A stretch of DNA of 64,000 nt from Azolla caroliniana (Eukaryota; Plantae; Polypodiophyta): NCBI GenBank assembly GCA_043228905.1, contig JBHGNT010000007.1:15810001-15874000 (forward strand). The letters run 5' to 3'. This document shows, in pieces, positions 1 to 10,697 of this stretch (its first letter is position 1; each line of letters begins with the position of its first letter). A program made the translations under genes and the position numbers. The notes beneath the pieces are model-generated. The model saw only the letters and a program-made list of their open reading frames with translations. It ran no database searches and had not been told where the DNA came from.

Positions 1-265
1 CATCTATTTATAGGTTCTTATGGAGTATTTTAGAATGTTCTAAAATATTTTAGATATTTATGACATTTAATATGATCATGGAATATTCTAGAATATTCTA
101 GAATACTCTAGAATGTTCTAGAATACTCCAAATATCTTGTAATAACTAATAATATAATTATTATGCCTATATATTATATATGTTATTATAATGGTTAAAA
201 GTCTAACACATAGCCAAGACGTTGTGGGTTCAAATCCTTGTAAGCCAATATATTTCTTCATGACA
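1..265 (-). repeat. 3' LTR of the chromovirus (partial)
   Basis: Matches 10459-10697; ends ...catgaca next to the PPT. Confidence 0.9.
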
Positions 266-334
266 TTATCCCCCCTTTTCGACGACAAGTAAGGGTTCCT
301 CCGCAAGGTTCATCCACGGAGGGTGAGTCAGGGC

Positions 335-1030
335 CTAGCCACGAGTTGGAAGACAAGATGTCAGACTTGACTTATGGGGATATTTGTTGTGAAATGCAGC
401 AACCATGTCAGAGGCATTAGGAAGATTCTTGGGGGGCTTCCATGTTCGATCATTAAGTGTATAACCTAACCAATCCACCAAATAATACAATTTGTTGTGG
501 ATGAAAATGGACTCGAGAATATCCGCAACTTCATATTTAGAGGCATCAGAAACTTTGACTTGAGGTGGGGGAGATGTAAGACAACCCAGAATAGAGTTGG
601 TTATGTAGGGCTCCAAAAGTGAAACATGCAAGATCGGGTGAAGACGCATGTGAGGAGGAAGATCAAGGCAAAATGCCACATTATTGATCTTACTAGATAT
701 CACATATGGGCCAAAACGTTGATAATCCAATTTACAACAAGGTCTGATGGTTTTAATGCTACCTTGTAAGAGTTGTACTCGATGCTCACTTGAAACGTAG
801 TCAATGACGGTCAACAACCTTCTTTTGAGTGTGACTAAATGGTGCGAAGGGATATCCTGAATTTCTTGGAGTCGGGTGTGCCGATCTTCAACAACTAGGT
901 TTGTCGGGAGTTCGCAAGCTTTGTTCAATGAGGATGGTACCCAATGTTCGCAAAAAATGGCAAATATCCAGTAGAAGAATGTTCTGAATTGTTGTAAGCA
1001 AATTCTGCCAAATGTAATAGATCCACCCAA
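335..1030 (-). pseudogene. Integrase C-terminus (GPY/F) plus chromodomain remnant
   Basis: KLDYQRFGPY..LHPILHVSLLEPY and YEVADIL..YYLVDWLGY..RTWKP..L..ASDMVAAFH. Confidence 0.9.
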
Positions 1031-3526
1031 TCATCTTGTTGATAGTTGACAATGACGAAGATATTGTTCTACTCTTTGTTTGGTGCGCTCACTCTACCCG
1101 TTAGTTTTTGGATGGTAACCGGAAGAAATTTTGCAAGAAGTATGTAAGAGTTTGAACATGTGTCGCCAAAATTTTGAGATGAACTGGGGTCCAACCTCGA
1201 TCACTAATAATATCATCAGGAAGACCATGATGTCGAAACACCTCTCACATGAGTAACTGGACTATCTCTTGGCTAGTAATGGCCTTCGTGCATGGAATAA
1301 ACTGTGCCATCTTCGTAAAATGATCTACTACTACCGTGAGAATAGAATCAAACCCCTTAGAAGGTGGTAGATCCTTAATGAAGTCCAATGAAATAGATTT
1401 CCATGGACTCTCAGGAATAGGCATTGGCTGTAAGAAGCCATATGGATGATGTTGAGGTTTTTGGATCAACAACATGTATCACAACTACGAACATAATCCG
1501 TAACAAAATGGCAAAGTCGTGGCCACCAATATCTTCGAAAAATAATGTGAAAGTCTTGTGGATGCCGAAATGTTCAGCCATTGGTGTGTCATGACATTGT
1601 TGCAAGACTTAGAGTCGAGAATGACCCTCAGGCACATACAAGAGATTTTGTCGAAAAAGTAAACCATCATGCCAATTGAATTGGTTGTAGTCTTGATGAG
1701 GATTTGAGATTGGGAACAAGAAGCATGATCTAGGATAATATGGTTCAAAATGCCTTGGCCGAATTCATCAGTCTCAATATGCTCCTGAATGGAACCAAGA
1801 AGACTTGAATCTCTAGGTGTGTCTATAGCATGAAATGTCGTTATTCGTATATGTTTAGGAAATAAGAGGATTTACGTTTGACTTTTAAATGTGATGTCTC
1901 CTTGTTGAATTTCCATATACAAATGCTAAGATAAAGCATCTGCTTTTCCTTATTGCACCCCACGGTGATATAGAATTACGAAATCAAAACGAGTTAAGAA
2001 TTGTGACCAACGAGCTTGTTGACGACCCAAGACTCGAGCATGTTGGAAGTACGTGAGATTTTTGTGATCATTGTAGACAATGATCTCTTAAGAAGAAACC
2101 TCCAAAAAATGACGCCATTGTGGAAAAGAATCCACAATGGCAAGAAGCTCTTTGTCGTGAATCTCATAGTCGATTTTTGCAACTTCAAATTTTCGTGAGT
2201 GAAAAGCCACAAGGTGTAGTATGCCATCATCACCAATCTCAGATAGAACGCTTCCTAGTGCAAAGTCGGATGTATCGGCTTCGATTATAAGGCCCTTCAT
2301 TTTGATCAACATGCATTAAAATAGGTGCGGATGTAAATGCTTGCTTTAAACCTTCAAATGCAGAGTTTGCATTTCTACTCCACACAAATGGTGAATTCTT
2401 TTGTGTCAGTTGAGTGAGGGGCAATACGATCTTTGAATAATCTTTGATGAACTTGTGATAAACTATGATGATCAAGATATTATCGAAGTAAACTGTGATG
2501 AAAATATCGAGGAAAACTCAAAATGTCATTCGCCATATGTTGGAAAACTGTTGGTGCATTCGTGAGACCAAATGACATCACTGTATACTCAAAATGGTCA
2601 TAGGGAGTACGGAAAGTAGTCTTTCTTTCATCCCGAGGACGAATTCGAACAAGCTTGTAAGCACCTCAAAGATCTAGATTTGTGAAATATTTAGCTCCGC
2701 CGAGGCGTTCCAGAAGGCTTGAGATCAATGCTAGAGCATATCGGTTTCGAATAGTTACTTTATTCAATCCCTGATAATTCATGACCAGACGAAGCGAACC
2801 ATTTTTCTTCTTAACAAAAAATATGGGTGTGCCGACAAGAGATCTTGAATGCTAGTTAATCCCATTTGCCAAGTTCGCATCAATATATACCTAAAGAACC
2901 TCTAGCTTCGTGGGCGAAAGGTTATAAATTGGCCCCCATGGAGGCTCTTTTCTGAGTTGCAAATCAATCAAGCAATCATATGGTTGATGCTCTTGTAGTC
3001 TATTAGCTTTCACCTTATCGAACACATCGGAGAATTCTGTATATTTCTTTGGTAATTGGACCCCCCAATTCTTGTGAGATAGATGTGGCAATTGCTAAAA
3101 CTATGAACACAAACATGTCTTCCTTCTGTCCTTTCTCACATAACTGATGTGCAGAGATTGTTGAACTCTTTTGGAATATTATATCCCTTGTTGGAGTTTT
3201 AAGAGACTCATACTGTACCGTGACCTCCTCAATGGTTCTTTATCTCCAATCAATAGTTGGGTTATGTGTCTCAAACCATGGAAGACGAAGAACTAGGGAG
3301 TGCTCTGGACTACTAACGATGCTGAACAAGATGAATTTAGCGATATTGCCTAGGACTACATGAATTGGTTCAGACTCTTCAACTTTATCACCTGATGCTA
3401 TGGGGCGTCCAACAATGACTTCAACAGACACTGGGCTTGGAAGCTTATGCAACTGAATTTTATGCATTACAACAAACTCACGATCCATGAAACAAGAATT
3501 GACTTCAGAGTTTAAGAGGGTAGAAG
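1031..3526 (-). pseudogene. Chromovirus pol fragments (protease, RT, RNase H, integrase core) with stops, frameshifts and deletions
   Basis: ORF pieces 3240-3551, 2891-3091, 2239-2475, 2088-2312, 1411-1605 and 1245-1475 carry recognisable pol motifs. Confidence 0.88.
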
Positions 3527-4168
3527 TGTTAAACACAGTGCTCGGCCACAACCGAGGAATAGGATCAACTCACAGAAAACAGGAAATACAAAATGCACGA
3601 AGACAATAGAGAGAAGAGTACACAGGATGTTTTACGTGGAAAACCCTAAATGGGAAAAAACCACGGGAGTCCTCAAACTCCAACTATCACTATAAACAGA
3701 GATGTACAATGGTGAAGCTACAAGGCAACAACCTTGAGCTCACTGTCTTCGCCACAGGCGGCGGTAATACACAGAGGCAACGACCTCTTCGTCTCTCTCT
3801 CTCTCACTCTCTCTCTCGGCTGCTCTCACTTCGCTCCCTCTAAGTGAAAACAGAAAAATGAGCAACAGACAGTAAACTGTTTGCCCTAAGTCATATTTAT
3901 ACACATATGACTTTCGGGCTATTTACAAATATAGCCTCAAGGGCCCTTGGCAAACATATTCACAAATATGTCCCCGCATCCGGATCTCTCTCTGGGTATA
4001 TTCGTCATCCGGCTCCGTAGCCGGGGTCTTCATCATCCGGATCCGTAGCCGGGTACTCTTCATCCGGCTTCATGCCGGGTACTCTTCATCCTCCGGTTCC
4101 GTAACCGCAACCGGGCTTGCCGTCATTCATCTCCGGACATCCCATCCGGAGGGACCGAAATCCCAACA
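3527..4168 (-). repeat. Copia 3' LTR (642 bp)
   Basis: tgttaaacac...tcccaaca; followed on + by the PPT complement aactcccccttc (4169-4180). Confidence 0.97.
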
Positions 4169-4178
4169 AACTCCCCCT

Positions 4179-7100
4179 TCACTTCGGCATGGGATGTCTC
4201 TCCAATCCGATCCTCTTCCGGCATGCTTCCAGCTTGTCGGGTGTGAGCACCTTGGTCAGCATATCCGACCCGTTCTCGTCCGTGTGGATCTTCGTCAGCA
4301 CGAACTCCTTGTCTTCTATCCTTTCCCGGATCCAGTGGTATCTACGCTGGATGTGTTTCGTCCGGGAATGGTAGGCCGCGTTCTTCGCAAGGTGGATGGC
4401 ACTCTGACTATCGCAGTAGAGCCGGTACTCCTCCTGCCGGATACCGAGCTCTCTAATGAAGTCCTTCATCCATATTATTTCCTTGCCGGCTTCAACAGCC
4501 GCCATGTACTCCGCCTCCGTGGTTGACAACGCAACCGTCTTCTGCAACCTCGACTGCCACGAAACGGCTCCCCCTGCATATGTCATTACATACCCAGATG
4601 TAGACCGGCTGGTATCCGCATCAGCCGACATGTCCGAATCGGTAAATCCATCGAGTTCGGGCTTACCGGAGCCGAATCGGAGGCACATGTTCGAAGTGCC
4701 CTTTAAGTATCGGAGTATCCATTTGACCGCGTTCCAGTGCTCCTTGCCGGGATTACTCATATACCGGCTCACCACTCCGACTGCGTATCCAATGTCCGGT
4801 CGGGTACACACCATTGCGTACATCAAGCTCCCGACGGCAGAGGCATATGGTATCTTCATCATATCCTCCTTTTCAACTTTTGTCTTGGGACTTTGCTTGC
4901 CGGATAACTTGCAGGTTGCGGGGAGGGTCGACCCGACCGGTCTTGCTTCCGACATGTTGAACCGGTGAAGCACCTTTGTCACGTACTTCTCCTGTGACAG
5001 CCACAACTGCTTCTTCTTCCGGTCCCGGATGATGTGCATCCCTAGTATTTGCCTCGCCGGACCCAGGTCCTTCATTGAGAAAGTTCGGTGAAGCGCTTTC
5101 TTCAGCATCCGTATCTTGACCTGGTCCCGTCCAACGATCAACATGTCGTCCACGTACAGGAGGAGTATTAGAAAGTCTCCTCCTTCGAACTTCTTCACAA
5201 ACACGCAGTGATCGGACTGCGTTTTGTGGTACCCTTCGTCGGTCATGAAAGAGTCGAACTTCTGGTACCACTGCCGGGGAGCCTGCTTCAGTCCGTAAAG
5301 GCTCTTCTTCAACCGGCATACCAGGTGCTCCTTCCCTTTCTTCTCGAATCCTTCCGGTTGCTGCATGTAGATCTCTTCTTCGAGGTCACCGTGAAGGAAT
5401 GCCGTCTTCACGTCCATCTGTTCTACCTCAAGGTCCATGCTTGCCGCTATGCTCAGCACCGTCCGGATGGAGGTCATCTTCACTACCGGGGCAAATATCT
5501 CGTCGAAGTCGACGCCCTTCTTCTGCTGGAACCCCTTCACCACGATCCTGGCTTTGTATCTCGGGGGGTTTCCGGCATCTCCCGGTTTCAGCTTGAACAC
5601 CCACTTGTTTCGAAGTGCCCGCTTTCCTTTCGGCAACTCCACAAGTTCATATGTGTGGTTCTCATGCAGGGAATCCATCTCCTCCTGCATGTCACTTAAC
5701 CACCTGCGGCTATGGGTGTCAAGCTTTGCTTCTTCAAAACTCTCCGGCTCCCCCTCGTCGGTTAGCAGCACGTGCTCTGGTTCCGGAAATCTCCGGGGGG
5801 CCCTTCTCTCTCTTAGAGGATATCTCCGTTCCGGAGCTTCGGTAACCGGCTCCTCCGTTTCCTCTTCATCCGAATCCATTTCGGGATCGGGGCCGGTTCC
5901 GGTATCAGTTTCATCCTCCTCGGCCGGTTCTGTTTCTTCACCGTCTTCGGCCGGATCCTCGAGTGCTAACCGGTCCCTTGCCGGTCGGGACTGCTCCTCG
6001 TAGAGTTGATCCTCACCGGTCGACTTGGAGCTCTTCATCTTCTTCTCCGACTCCCAGTCGGCGAGTGTCTTGTCCTCCATGAAGATGATATCACGACTCC
6101 GGAATATCTTTTTGTCGACCGGGTCCCATACTCGGTAGCCGAACTCGTCATCGCCGTAACCGAGGAATATGCATGGCCGGGTCTTTGGATCTAGCTTTCC
6201 TCTCCGGTCCTTTGCCACATGCACATATGCGAGACACCCGAACACCTTCAGATGCCGGTAGGATACTTCCCTACCGGTCCACACTCTCTGCGGCGTGTCT
6301 CCGTCCAAAGGTACTGAGGGTGATCTGTTTATCACGTATGTCGCCGTCGACATTGCCTCAGCCCAAAACCCCTTTGGTAATTTCGCATGCGCCAGCATAC
6401 TCCGGACCCTCTCCATTATAGTCCGGTTCATCCTCTCGGCCAGCCCGTTCAGTTCCGGCATCTTCGGCACAGTAAACTCGAGCCGGATTCCCTTCGAGCG
6501 ACAGTACTCCTTGAACTGCCCCCGGTATTCCCCTCCGTTATCCGCTCGTATCGCTTTCAGCTTCTTGCCGGATTCTCTTTCCACTCTCGCGTGGAGTTCT
6601 TTGAAGACGCACAACACTTGGTCCTTTGTCTTCAACGGTGCCGTCCACAGCTTCCTACTGTGGTCATCAATGAATGTCACGAAGTACTGGGCTCCGCCAT
6701 GTGACTTCGTTTCTACTTGACACACGTCAGTGTGCACCAACTCCAATGGTGCGCTATGTCTCGTCGGTGGCCTTGAGTGGAAAGAGGTTCGGTTCTGCTT
6801 ATCGGCCAGGCAATCGGTGCACTTCTCCAGGTGCACATGCTTCACTGGAATAAGGTTGTCTTCTGCAAGCCTCTTCATCCCCTTCTCACTCATGTGGCAC
6901 AGTCTCTTGTGCCACAGCTCACCGGCAGTGTCGGCTGCCACGTTCAACTCCTCCGGACATAACCAGGCATTCATAAGGTACAGTGTGTTGACTTTCCGGG
7001 CCCGAGCCACTATCAGGCTCCCCTTGCTGAACTTCATTACGCAGTTCCGGATGCTACCTGTGTAGCCTTCATCGTCTAGCCTCCCGGCCGAAATCAGGTT

Positions 7101-8267
7101 CAATCGAACCTCCGGAACGTGTCGGACATCCTTCAGCGGCATCTTGCATCCGGTTGATGTCATCAGCCACACATCTCCTATGCCGGAAATCTGGCATGTA
7201 CCTTCATTTCCCATCCGGACACAGCCGTGCTCACCGGCTGTGTAGGATGAGAAGTATTTCTTCTCCGGGGTCAGGTGGAACGACGCTCCGGAATCGACCA
7301 CCCAGGTCATCTCTTCACCGGCAAGGTTCAATTCCCTCTCTTCGGTAATGAGCATTATCTCTTCTTCACTTGCCGCGAGTGCCGTCGTTCCTTTCCGGTC
7401 CTGCCCTCGCCGATCCGGACCTCTCCGGTCCGTGGCTCCCCGGTATGCACCGTTTCGCTCCGGTGACTTCTTCGAATCGGTACCGTCGGTTCCGTTGTCT
7501 TTCCGGAAATGCCGACAGTTCTTCTGGAAGTGCCCCGGCTTCCCACAGTAGAAGCATGTAGGTCTTCCCCTCGACTGCGACCGTGTCCCCGACTTCTCCC
7601 GTCTTTGCGGACTCCGGTTCCGTTGTCTTCCCCGTTCCGATTCGGTAAGCAGCGCCTTCGAGTCGGAGGCCGGTTCTTTATCTCTCCGACGCGCTTCTTC
7701 ATTTAGAATACTTGTCTTTACAGTTAGTAAAGACAAGTTCTCTTCCTTACAGGAGGTGCTGAGAGTAACTACCAAGTTCTCCCAGCTCTCCGGAAGGGTA
7801 CACATCAGCATGATGGCTTGCATTGCGTCATCCAACGGGAACTTGATCGCCGCAAGCTGGTTCACGAATCCCATGAACGTGCTGACGTGTTCGACCATGC
7901 TCTCACCGTCTCGGTACTTAAGATTCACTATCTTCCTCATCAGGGAGGTCCGGGTAAGAGCATTCTTCCTCTCATATAGTCCGGACAGCTTCTGCCACAT
8001 CTCATAGGCGTTCGTATCGTTCGCCACATGTTGCAGGACACTTACATCGACATATTGCCGGATCGTCGCTACGGCTTTCCGGTTCAGGAGCTTCCACTCC
8101 GACTCTATTACCCCCTTGGGTATCTCGGCATTGTCGATCGGTTCGTACAGGTCTCGGACGATGAGAAGGTCTTCCATCTTTATCTTCCAGTCGGCGTAGT
8201 TCTGTGAGTTCAACACCATCATGCCCGGAGGCCCACTACCGCCGCCTTCCATTTTCTGTGTTACCAT
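4179..8267 (-). CDS. Copia Gag-Pol polyprotein, 1362 aa (Gag, CCHC knuckle, protease, integrase, RT, RNase H)
   Basis: CFYCGKPGHFQKNC; WVVDSGASFH; LWHKRLCH..C..C; VHTDVC..DNGGEY..E; MDVKTAFLHG..LYGLKQAPRQW..YVDDML; FTDSD..EAEY..CDSQSA. Confidence 0.98.
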   Translation of the reverse strand: MVTQKMEGGGSGPPGMMVLNSQNYADWKIKMEDLLIVRDLYEPIDNAEIPKGVIESEWKLLNRKAVATIRQYVDVSVLQHVANDTNAYEMWQKLSGLYERKNALTRTSLMRKIVNLKYRDGESMVEHVSTFMGFVNQLAAIKFPLDDAMQAIMLMCTLPESWENLVVTLSTSCKEENLSLLTVKTSILNEEARRRDKEPASDSKALLTESERGRQRNRSPQRREKSGTRSQSRGRPTCFYCGKPGHFQKNCRHFRKDNGTDGTDSKKSPERNGAYRGATDRRGPDRRGQDRKGTTALAASEEEIMLITEERELNLAGEEMTWVVDSGASFHLTPEKKYFSSYTAGEHGCVRMGNEGTCQISGIGDVWLMTSTGCKMPLKDVRHVPEVRLNLISAGRLDDEGYTGSIRNCVMKFSKGSLIVARARKVNTLYLMNAWLCPEELNVAADTAGELWHKRLCHMSEKGMKRLAEDNLIPVKHVHLEKCTDCLADKQNRTSFHSRPPTRHSAPLELVHTDVCQVETKSHGGAQYFVTFIDDHSRKLWTAPLKTKDQVLCVFKELHARVERESGKKLKAIRADNGGEYRGQFKEYCRSKGIRLEFTVPKMPELNGLAERMNRTIMERVRSMLAHAKLPKGFWAEAMSTATYVINRSPSVPLDGDTPQRVWTGREVSYRHLKVFGCLAYVHVAKDRRGKLDPKTRPCIFLGYGDDEFGYRVWDPVDKKIFRSRDIIFMEDKTLADWESEKKMKSSKSTGEDQLYEEQSRPARDRLALEDPAEDGEETEPAEEDETDTGTGPDPEMDSDEEETEEPVTEAPERRYPLRERRAPRRFPEPEHVLLTDEGEPESFEEAKLDTHSRRWLSDMQEEMDSLHENHTYELVELPKGKRALRNKWVFKLKPGDAGNPPRYKARIVVKGFQQKKGVDFDEIFAPVVKMTSIRTVLSIAASMDLEVEQMDVKTAFLHGDLEEEIYMQQPEGFEKKGKEHLVCRLKKSLYGLKQAPRQWYQKFDSFMTDEGYHKTQSDHCVFVKKFEGGDFLILLLYVDDMLIVGRDQVKIRMLKKALHRTFSMKDLGPARQILGMHIIRDRKKKQLWLSQEKYVTKVLHRFNMSEARPVGSTLPATCKLSGKQSPKTKVEKEDMMKIPYASAVGSLMYAMVCTRPDIGYAVGVVSRYMSNPGKEHWNAVKWILRYLKGTSNMCLRFGSGKPELDGFTDSDMSADADTSRSTSGYVMTYAGGAVSWQSRLQKTVALSTTEAEYMAAVEAGKEIIWMKDFIRELGIRQEEYRLYCDSQSAIHLAKNAAYHSRTKHIQRRYHWIRERIEDKEFVLTKIHTDENGSDMLTKVLTPDKLEACRKRIGLERHPMPK

Positions 8268-8268
8268 C

Positions 8269-8280
8269 GCTCTGATACCA
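8269..8280 (-). promoter_or_regulatory. Primer-binding site, tRNA-iMet
   Basis: TGGTATCAGAGC on -, 3 nt from the 5' LTR; gag ATG follows 1 nt later. Confidence 0.95.
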
Positions 8281-8283
8281 CTT

Positions 8284-8953
8284 TGTTAAACACAGTGCTC
8301 GGCCACAACCGAGGAATAGGATCAACTCACAGAAAACAGGAAATACAAAATGCACGAAGACAATAGAGAGAAGAGTACACAGGATGTTTTACGTGGAAAA
8401 CCCTAAATGGGAAAAAACCACGGGAGTCCTCAAACTCCAACTATCACTATAAACAGAGATGTACAATGGTGAAGCTACAAGGCAACAACCTTGAGCTCAC
8501 TGTCTTCGCCACAGGCGGCGGTAATACACAGAGGCAACGACCTCTTCGTCTCTCTCTCTCTCACTCTCTCTCTCGGCTGCTCTCACTTCGCTCCCTCTAA
8601 GTGAAAACAGAAAAATGAGCAACAGACAGTAAACTGTTTGCCCTAAGTCATATTTATACACATATGACTTTCGGGCTATTTACAAATATAGCCTCAAGGG
8701 CCCTTGGCAAACATATTCACAAATATGTCCCCGCATCCGGATCTCTCTCCGGGTATATTCGTCATCCGGCTCCGTAGCCGGGGTCTTCATCATCCGGCTC
8801 CGTAGCCGGGGTCTTCATCATCCGGATCCGTAGCCGGGTACTCTTCATCCGGCTTCATGCCGGGTACTCTTCATCCTCCGGTTTCGTAACCGCAACCGGG
8901 CTTGCTGTCGTTCATCTCCGGACATCCCATCCGGAGGGACCGAAATCCCAACA
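8284..8953 (-). repeat. Copia 5' LTR (670 bp, carries a 28-bp tandem duplication)
   Basis: Matches the 3' LTR except ~4 substitutions and an extra ccggctccgtagccggggtcttcatcat. Confidence 0.97.
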
Positions 8954-8958
8954 AGAAG

Positions 8959-10218
8959 CTGGGACTCGATGGAACCTAGACGTATTAAGCTCAACTTGTG
9001 CAGAGAAAACTCGACTAACTTGACTGGATAAAATGCAACCACGACTAGAGGCAGGTGCTATATGCCTAGGGTTGTCCAACCAAATGGCTCCGATTTTGGT
9101 CGGACCAACTCGTTTAACACATCGTCTAATTGGCCCAAGACATCAAATGTATTTTCATGACAGAGGCTACTAGGCTTACTTGGATTACAAGAAGGCGGGG
9201 AAAAAATTGAAATGGGGTTGTCATGGGCACTTGATTAACTTGTCACCGTGGTTTATGTGCACAATTCACAACAATATGTCCTAGACCACCACAATAGAGG
9301 CATAGATGATTCACTTGACATTATTGCTTTTCAACATTCGATAATGGTCCTCAACGTCGTGTTTTCTCGATTTTCATTTGATTAGGGCCTTCCACCAAAC
9401 TTGGCTTTGACACTTCGGGTGGAGTTGTGACCACTAAAGCATATGTTTCAATTGGTCATAAGCGTAACATTTGTTGGCGTTCAGAACGAAACTCAAATAA
9501 GCAATTGTCACATTGCATGGCCCGACTTATTGCTTCCATAAGAGATTTTGTATCATCGTGGAAGGTAAGAAGTAAATCCTTCACATCTTTGTGCAAACCT
9601 TAATGAAATTGGTCCATTAACGCCGCCTCGTCCCATGGAATATCACATGCTAGGAGGTCAAAATCTACACCATAAGCGGAAGCAGGACGATCTCCTTGTC
9701 GTAATCATCGAATTTTTTTTATTGGTGTCTTCATACTATCGGTGTCTCCAAAGTTGGCGTAGAAATCTTTTATAAACCCTTCAAAATGGTCTAATAATGG
9801 CGAGTGCTTCTCTAGAAATGGTGTAAACCATGCTAACGCGGTCCGTTAACAAGGTACCAACTAGTCCCATGCGAGCAACATCTGTTGGGTAACTATTAGT
9901 ATACAATTTAAGCACGAGCCTTACTTGATTTAAAAATACAAGAAATTGAGACCTTGTACCATCAAACTTGGCCGGAAGACTAATATTTCGTTCTTTGGGC
10001 GAGGTTCGAACTTATGCCGCTTGTTGTTGCAATAGAATAGTCTCCAATTGATGCACCCGTTGAGATAATTCTACATATTATTCTACTTTCTTAGCACCTA
10101 CTTGTTGAAGGTCTACCAACAATCTTTGATTTTCTTGCTCCAATGTCATGAATTAGCTTGTTAGCATGTTGAACTCAAAGAGAACGCGTATATATTCGTG
10201 CTTGTTGACGGACTCCAT
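8959..10218 (-). pseudogene. Chromovirus gag remnant
   Basis: Minus-strand translation gives ISLPAKFDGTRSQF..LNQV and retrotrans_gag-like segments with stops. Confidence 0.75.
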
Positions 10219-10298
10219 AGTTACGAAAGAAAATTACTATATTTGCTTGAATAAGTTTAAGAGAAGAAGAAGAAGAAGAAAAGAGATTTGGTTCAAAC

Positions 10299-10697
10299 TG
10301 TCATGACTTGAGAGTAGGAGAGAGAAAGATAAAAGGATGATGATAGAAGGTATAGAGAGAGAGAAAGAGAGAGAGAGAGAACAATAGAAATTATGGAAAA
10401 GATTTTATATTATAAGAGAAAGGGGCTGAAGTTGAATGCGTTGTGATGAATCAATAGACACCTATTTATAGGTTCTTATGGAGTATTCTAGAATGTTCTA
10501 GAATATTTATGATATTTAATATAATTATAGAATATTTTAGAAATTTCTAGAATACTCTAAATATCTTGTAATAACTAATAATGTAATTATTATGACTATA
10601 CATCATATATGTTATTATAATGGTTAAAGGTCTAACACGTAGACCAAGAAGTTGTGGGTTTGAATCATTGTAAGCCAAAATATATGCCTTCATGAAA
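10299..10697 (-). repeat. 5' LTR of the chromovirus
   Basis: tgtcatgac...catgaaa (degenerate end); TATA CCTATAAATAGG on - at ~10461-10472; matches 1-265. Confidence 0.9.

Larger units (their letters stand above)
3527..8953 (-). mobile_element. Intact, young Ty1/Copia LTR retrotransposon (Tnt1/Tork-like)
   Basis: TG...CA LTRs 3527-4168 and 8284-8953, nearly identical. 5-bp TSD AGAAG (3522-3526, 8954-8958). tRNA-iMet PBS, PPT and a single uninterrupted ORF. Confidence 0.98.
1..10697 (-). mobile_element. Decayed Ty3/Gypsy chromovirus (Tcn1-like) LTR retrotransposon, interrupted by a Copia insertion at 3527-8953; 3' LTR runs off the window start
   Basis: LTR pair 1-265 and 10299-10697. PPT 266-280 (gaaaaggggggataa on -). 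Fragmented gag (ATG ~10218, PAKFDG), protease, RT (PPWGPIYNLS), RNase H ([19 protein letters not shown]), integrase (SISLDFI..GPY) and C-terminal chromodomain. Confidence 0.93.

Noticed and set aside
181-247. Functional tRNA gene
   Set aside because: No proper acceptor stem or clear anticodon, and it is part of an LTR; kept only as tRNA-like
4117-8007. Many + strand and alternate-frame ORFs over the Copia
   Set aside because: Shadow ORFs of a GC-rich gag-pol with no independent motifs
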